A stretch of 64,000 nucleotides of DNA from contig CAZQWH010000001.1 of NCBI GenBank assembly GCA_964597145.1, positions 15,696-79,695 of the forward strand, read 5' to 3'. The translations under genes and the position numbers were made by a program. This document shows, piece by piece, positions 61,305 to 64,000 of the stretch (position 1 is the first letter of the stretch; each line of letters opens with the position of its first letter). A model generated the notes under the pieces. The model was given only the letters and a program-made list of their open reading frames with translations, did no database searches and was not told where the DNA came from. Origin of the DNA: an uncultured Candidatus Saccharibacteria bacterium (GTDB taxonomy: Bacteria > Patescibacteriota > CAZHWT01).

Positions 61305-63374
61305 ATGTTTGAAAGCTGGAGCTATATACCCCAAGAAATGAATAAACCGGAGGCTCAATCGGAAGCCGAATTAAATTCGCCCGAAACCGCTATTCACTAT
61401 CCCGAATTAATCGCCAATGAACCATTACCTAATACCACGCTTGTTTATTCGGTACCAGTTATGGGGGAATGGCGTAACGGCAACTTGCTGCGTTTTTTAC
61501 GGAGTACGTTCGCCCAAAAGGTGGCAGATAGCGAAGCGTTTGAGGTAGAGTTAGTCGCTAATACTGGACACTGGGTTGAGAGGCTACAGAATTGCGATCC
61601 CAATACATTTGAACCCATGGTCGACAAACAGGGTAATGCCATTATCGATGAGCAATTAGATCTGGGTGCTACAGCTAGACTCCAAGCCATGCTTGACGAG
61701 TCAGATCAAGCGGTCGAGTTTCTGCGTAAAGTAGTAGACGCCCAACGATTAGCCCGTACCAGCACCAGTTTAGAAGCGTTAACCCATGCCAACACCCAAC
61801 TTGAGTCTCTCATCGCCAGTGAGACTGAAGTGTTGCAACAGCAGATTCTGCGGTTAGCTGCCGAAAAGGCTAACTCCATTAGTCTAGCCATTGCCGATAT
61901 GACCCGTAAGTCGCTTCGCGATACTCCATACCATAGTACCAACCTTAGTTCATTACGAACGCTGGGCGCCGATTTAGCCAGAACACGATTTGAGGCAAAT
62001 CCAGATCTTGTTTTACATCTATTTGATGCCGATACTATCATGGCCACCAACGATACAGTCAGGCAAACCCAGGCGATATTTAAGCAACACCCCGAGCTAA
62101 ACTATTTGTTTTCTAATATGAGCAACGCCCCCACTGGCACAGAGCAGGCGCTTGTTGCCGATTCACCGCGAGAAAATGTCCGGCGAACAAAGAGCTATAA
62201 TAGTGATTATGTGCATGGGTCACCACAGATTGCCTTTCGTATGCGCGCCTATGAAAAGCTAAAAGAACTTTCCGGTTGGAAGGATACAGGGTTCGAAGGC
62301 GACGAAGATCGGGATACATCACAACGGCTCGTGTATCACTTTGGCAAACTACAGGACGGGCTATTATTTGAAGCCAGCGCAGATTTACAGCCAACAGTCA
62401 TGACTGGAGATCGGCTTGATGGCGCTGTAGATTCGGCTGGACGTAAGATTGGATATGAGGCTGCGGGTATTCGGCACATCACCAATGATATTGGTCGAGT
62501 CTATGAACTTCAAGATAAAATTGAAAACCTTATTTTAGCCGAACCGCCAGATAAACAGGCCAAGATTCGCTTAAGTTTGAGCAATGCTCGGCATCATTTT
62601 AAGCGAGAGCAGCAAGTGCAACAGCGTTTTAATCGCTGGCTATTAAAGAGTTTTGTCACTGCCGTCCAAATGGGCCACATATCCTTGGCTGAGGGTAAAT
62701 TACACTACAATGATGGCCAGATAATGAGCTTGCGTGGGGGAGAAGCATTACTTCACTATATTAAATCCAACCCGGTTTTGATTAGTGAAACAGTCGCCGA
62801 TTCTAGGGTAGTTGCCTATATCCAATCCTGCTTAGACAAAAATGATAGCTCAACCGCTGAATATACAGAAGTGCCACCTTTTTACCAGGCTATTGGAGAA
62901 TATATAGGCGAAGTCAAACTGGTTAGTCAGTTGATTGAGGACGGGCTACTAACCAAACCACAACCGGAAATAAAAACCATATATGGTAAGTATCAACAGG
63001 AAACATGGCACCCACAGGATAAGCGAACAACTAAAGATCGAGTATCTTTTATGCACTCAATGGTAGCCGAAACCTTTGCCTTAAACGCAGTATATAAAAT
63101 ATTTTTCGAAGTTAAAGAGCTAGAGAGACAAAAGCGTGATACCTACAATTGGCCCGCCGACCCCAACGAGCAAGAACTCCGAATGAATTTCCCCGACTCC
63201 GAAACCCGGTGGCAAACCATGCAGCAATGGATGGATACTCAAGGAACAGAAATACCGCAACCAGTCTCCGCCGATCCAGTGGGAGAGTTGGGGCAATGGC
63301 AATCAGTTCCCATGTCAAAACTGCTCGGCCGATTACGCTCGGGTTTCAGAAGTCTAACCAAATCGCAGCGGTAA
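61305..63374 (+). CDS. Hypothetical protein with a divergent GT-A (GT2-like) domain
   Basis: YSVPVMGE..LLRFLRS..Q....FEVELVAN, LRTLG..LA....LHLFDAD and GFEGDEDRD resemble GT2 motifs. Confidence 0.55.
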   Translation: MFESWSYIPQEMNKPEAQSEAELNSPETAIHYPELIANEPLPNTTLVYSVPVMGEWRNGNLLRFLRSTFAQKVADSEAFEVELVANTGHWVERLQNCDPNTFEPMVDKQGNAIIDEQLDLGATARLQAMLDESDQAVEFLRKVVDAQRLARTSTSLEALTHANTQLESLIASETEVLQQQILRLAAEKANSISLAIADMTRKSLRDTPYHSTNLSSLRTLGADLARTRFEANPDLVLHLFDADTIMATNDTVRQTQAIFKQHPELNYLFSNMSNAPTGTEQALVADSPRENVRRTKSYNSDYVHGSPQIAFRMRAYEKLKELSGWKDTGFEGDEDRDTSQRLVYHFGKLQDGLLFEASADLQPTVMTGDRLDGAVDSAGRKIGYEAAGIRHITNDIGRVYELQDKIENLILAEPPDKQAKIRLSLSNARHHFKREQQVQQRFNRWLLKSFVTAVQMGHISLAEGKLHYNDGQIMSLRGGEALLHYIKSNPVLISETVADSRVVAYIQSCLDKNDSSTAEYTEVPPFYQAIGEYIGEVKLVSQLIEDGLLTKPQPEIKTIYGKYQQETWHPQDKRTTKDRVSFMHSMVAETFALNAVYKIFFEVKELERQKRDTYNWPADPNEQELRMNFPDSETRWQTMQQWMDTQGTEIPQPVSADPVGELGQWQSVPMSKLLGRLRSGFRSLTKSQR

Positions 63375-63580
63375 AGGAAAAGGTCGACAATGAAAAAGGG
63401 ATTGCGGCTTTGTGGTCATTTCTTTACCAACCGAATGCAACATATGCTCCGCCGAGCTCCAATAAAAAGGTTATAGAGAAAGTCATAAGCTCATCCTTAA
63501 AATAGTCATCCACTGGGCGAAAAAAGCAAAGATTAAAACTAAGACCCAAAACACTGTCCTCTTAATGCTCACTACGAATC

Positions 63581-63684
63581 ACAGAGTTATTTAGGGTTAA
63601 TTATATAATTGCCACAATAGGGTATACATCCAATACCCTATTGTCATCCTCAATTAAATTGAGGAACCGCCATTATATAATTAA
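63581..63684. repeat. AT-only palindrome family, copy split by a 62-bp double-hairpin insert
   Basis: ACAGAGTTATTTAGGG, then TTAATTATATAAT, insert 63610-63671, then ATTATATAATTAA. Confidence 0.7.
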
Positions 63685-63861
63685 ATTTATTAATAAATAC
63701 TAAATACCAGATGCCATTTACTAGCCACCACATCAGCTTTAGCCAATGCCTGCCTGCTAGCCAAATTGACGGTTGCAATGCTACAATGTAACAAGATATA
63801 GTAACTATCCAACCAAGTAGTAACTCTGAGTTAATTTATTAAAAAGTTGAAGGAACTGCCC

Positions 63862-64000
63862 ATGTTTACCTCTTTTAACGGTACCCAAATTCTCTTATCA
63901 ATTATGATCGTCTTGCTCGGGATCACGTTAGTGATTGTTGGCATCCAATTATTTTTTGTGCTCAAAGACCTGCGCAAGAGTTTAGCCAAGACCGACCGAA
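63862..64000 (+). CDS. Membrane-anchored coiled-coil protein, truncated by the window edge
   Basis: AAGGA SD; MFTSFNGTQILLSIMIVLLGITLVIVGIQLFFVLKDLRKSLAK... Confidence 0.65.
   Translation, partial: MFTSFNGTQILLSIMIVLLGITLVIVGIQLFFVLKDLRKSLAKTDR

Overview
The window is a 64-kb bacterial chromosome segment. Its gene forms point to Patescibacteria/CPR, probably Microgenomates-like (inferred from the short IF2, short HrcA, protease-less Lon AAA module, no rimP/rbfA/truB around nusA-infB, and many orphan ORFs). Core content: envelope and glycan genes (O-antigen ligase-like, UbiA/DPPR synthase-like, WecA/TagO, GalU, class A PBP, GH18, D,D-carboxypeptidase, GlmS); a concentrated heat-shock set (groES-groEL and hrcA-grpE-dnaK-dnaJ, each with a CIRCE, plus hsp20 and an HspR-like MerR); general-stress small proteins (two KGG-motif proteins, GlsB/YeaQ); a PAS kinase with a receiver protein; and nusA-infB-DHH-rpsO-pnp-lonAAA-rnj-ftsK-rodZ. 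The most unusual content is non-coding, with at least four repeat families. (1) An Avd-like four-helix-bundle gene is flanked by, and contains, 9-nt-period CTTAAG arrays, and orphan arrays occur elsewhere; 7-nt-period arrays are also widespread. (2) A RAYT (Y1 HUH transposase) has palindromic ends, and an orphan copy resembling an end-to-end junction lies 19 kb away. (3) GTCAT...ATGAC palindromic elements include near-identical copies in the 5' regions of hsp20 and dnaK, a copy translated in frame inside a protein, and a copy interrupted by an IS256-family element with a 7-bp target duplication. (4) An AT-only 24-bp palindrome is preceded by CAGAGWTAA. No rRNA, tRNA or CRISPR array was recognised. 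All calls come from reading motifs by eye; no database search was run.
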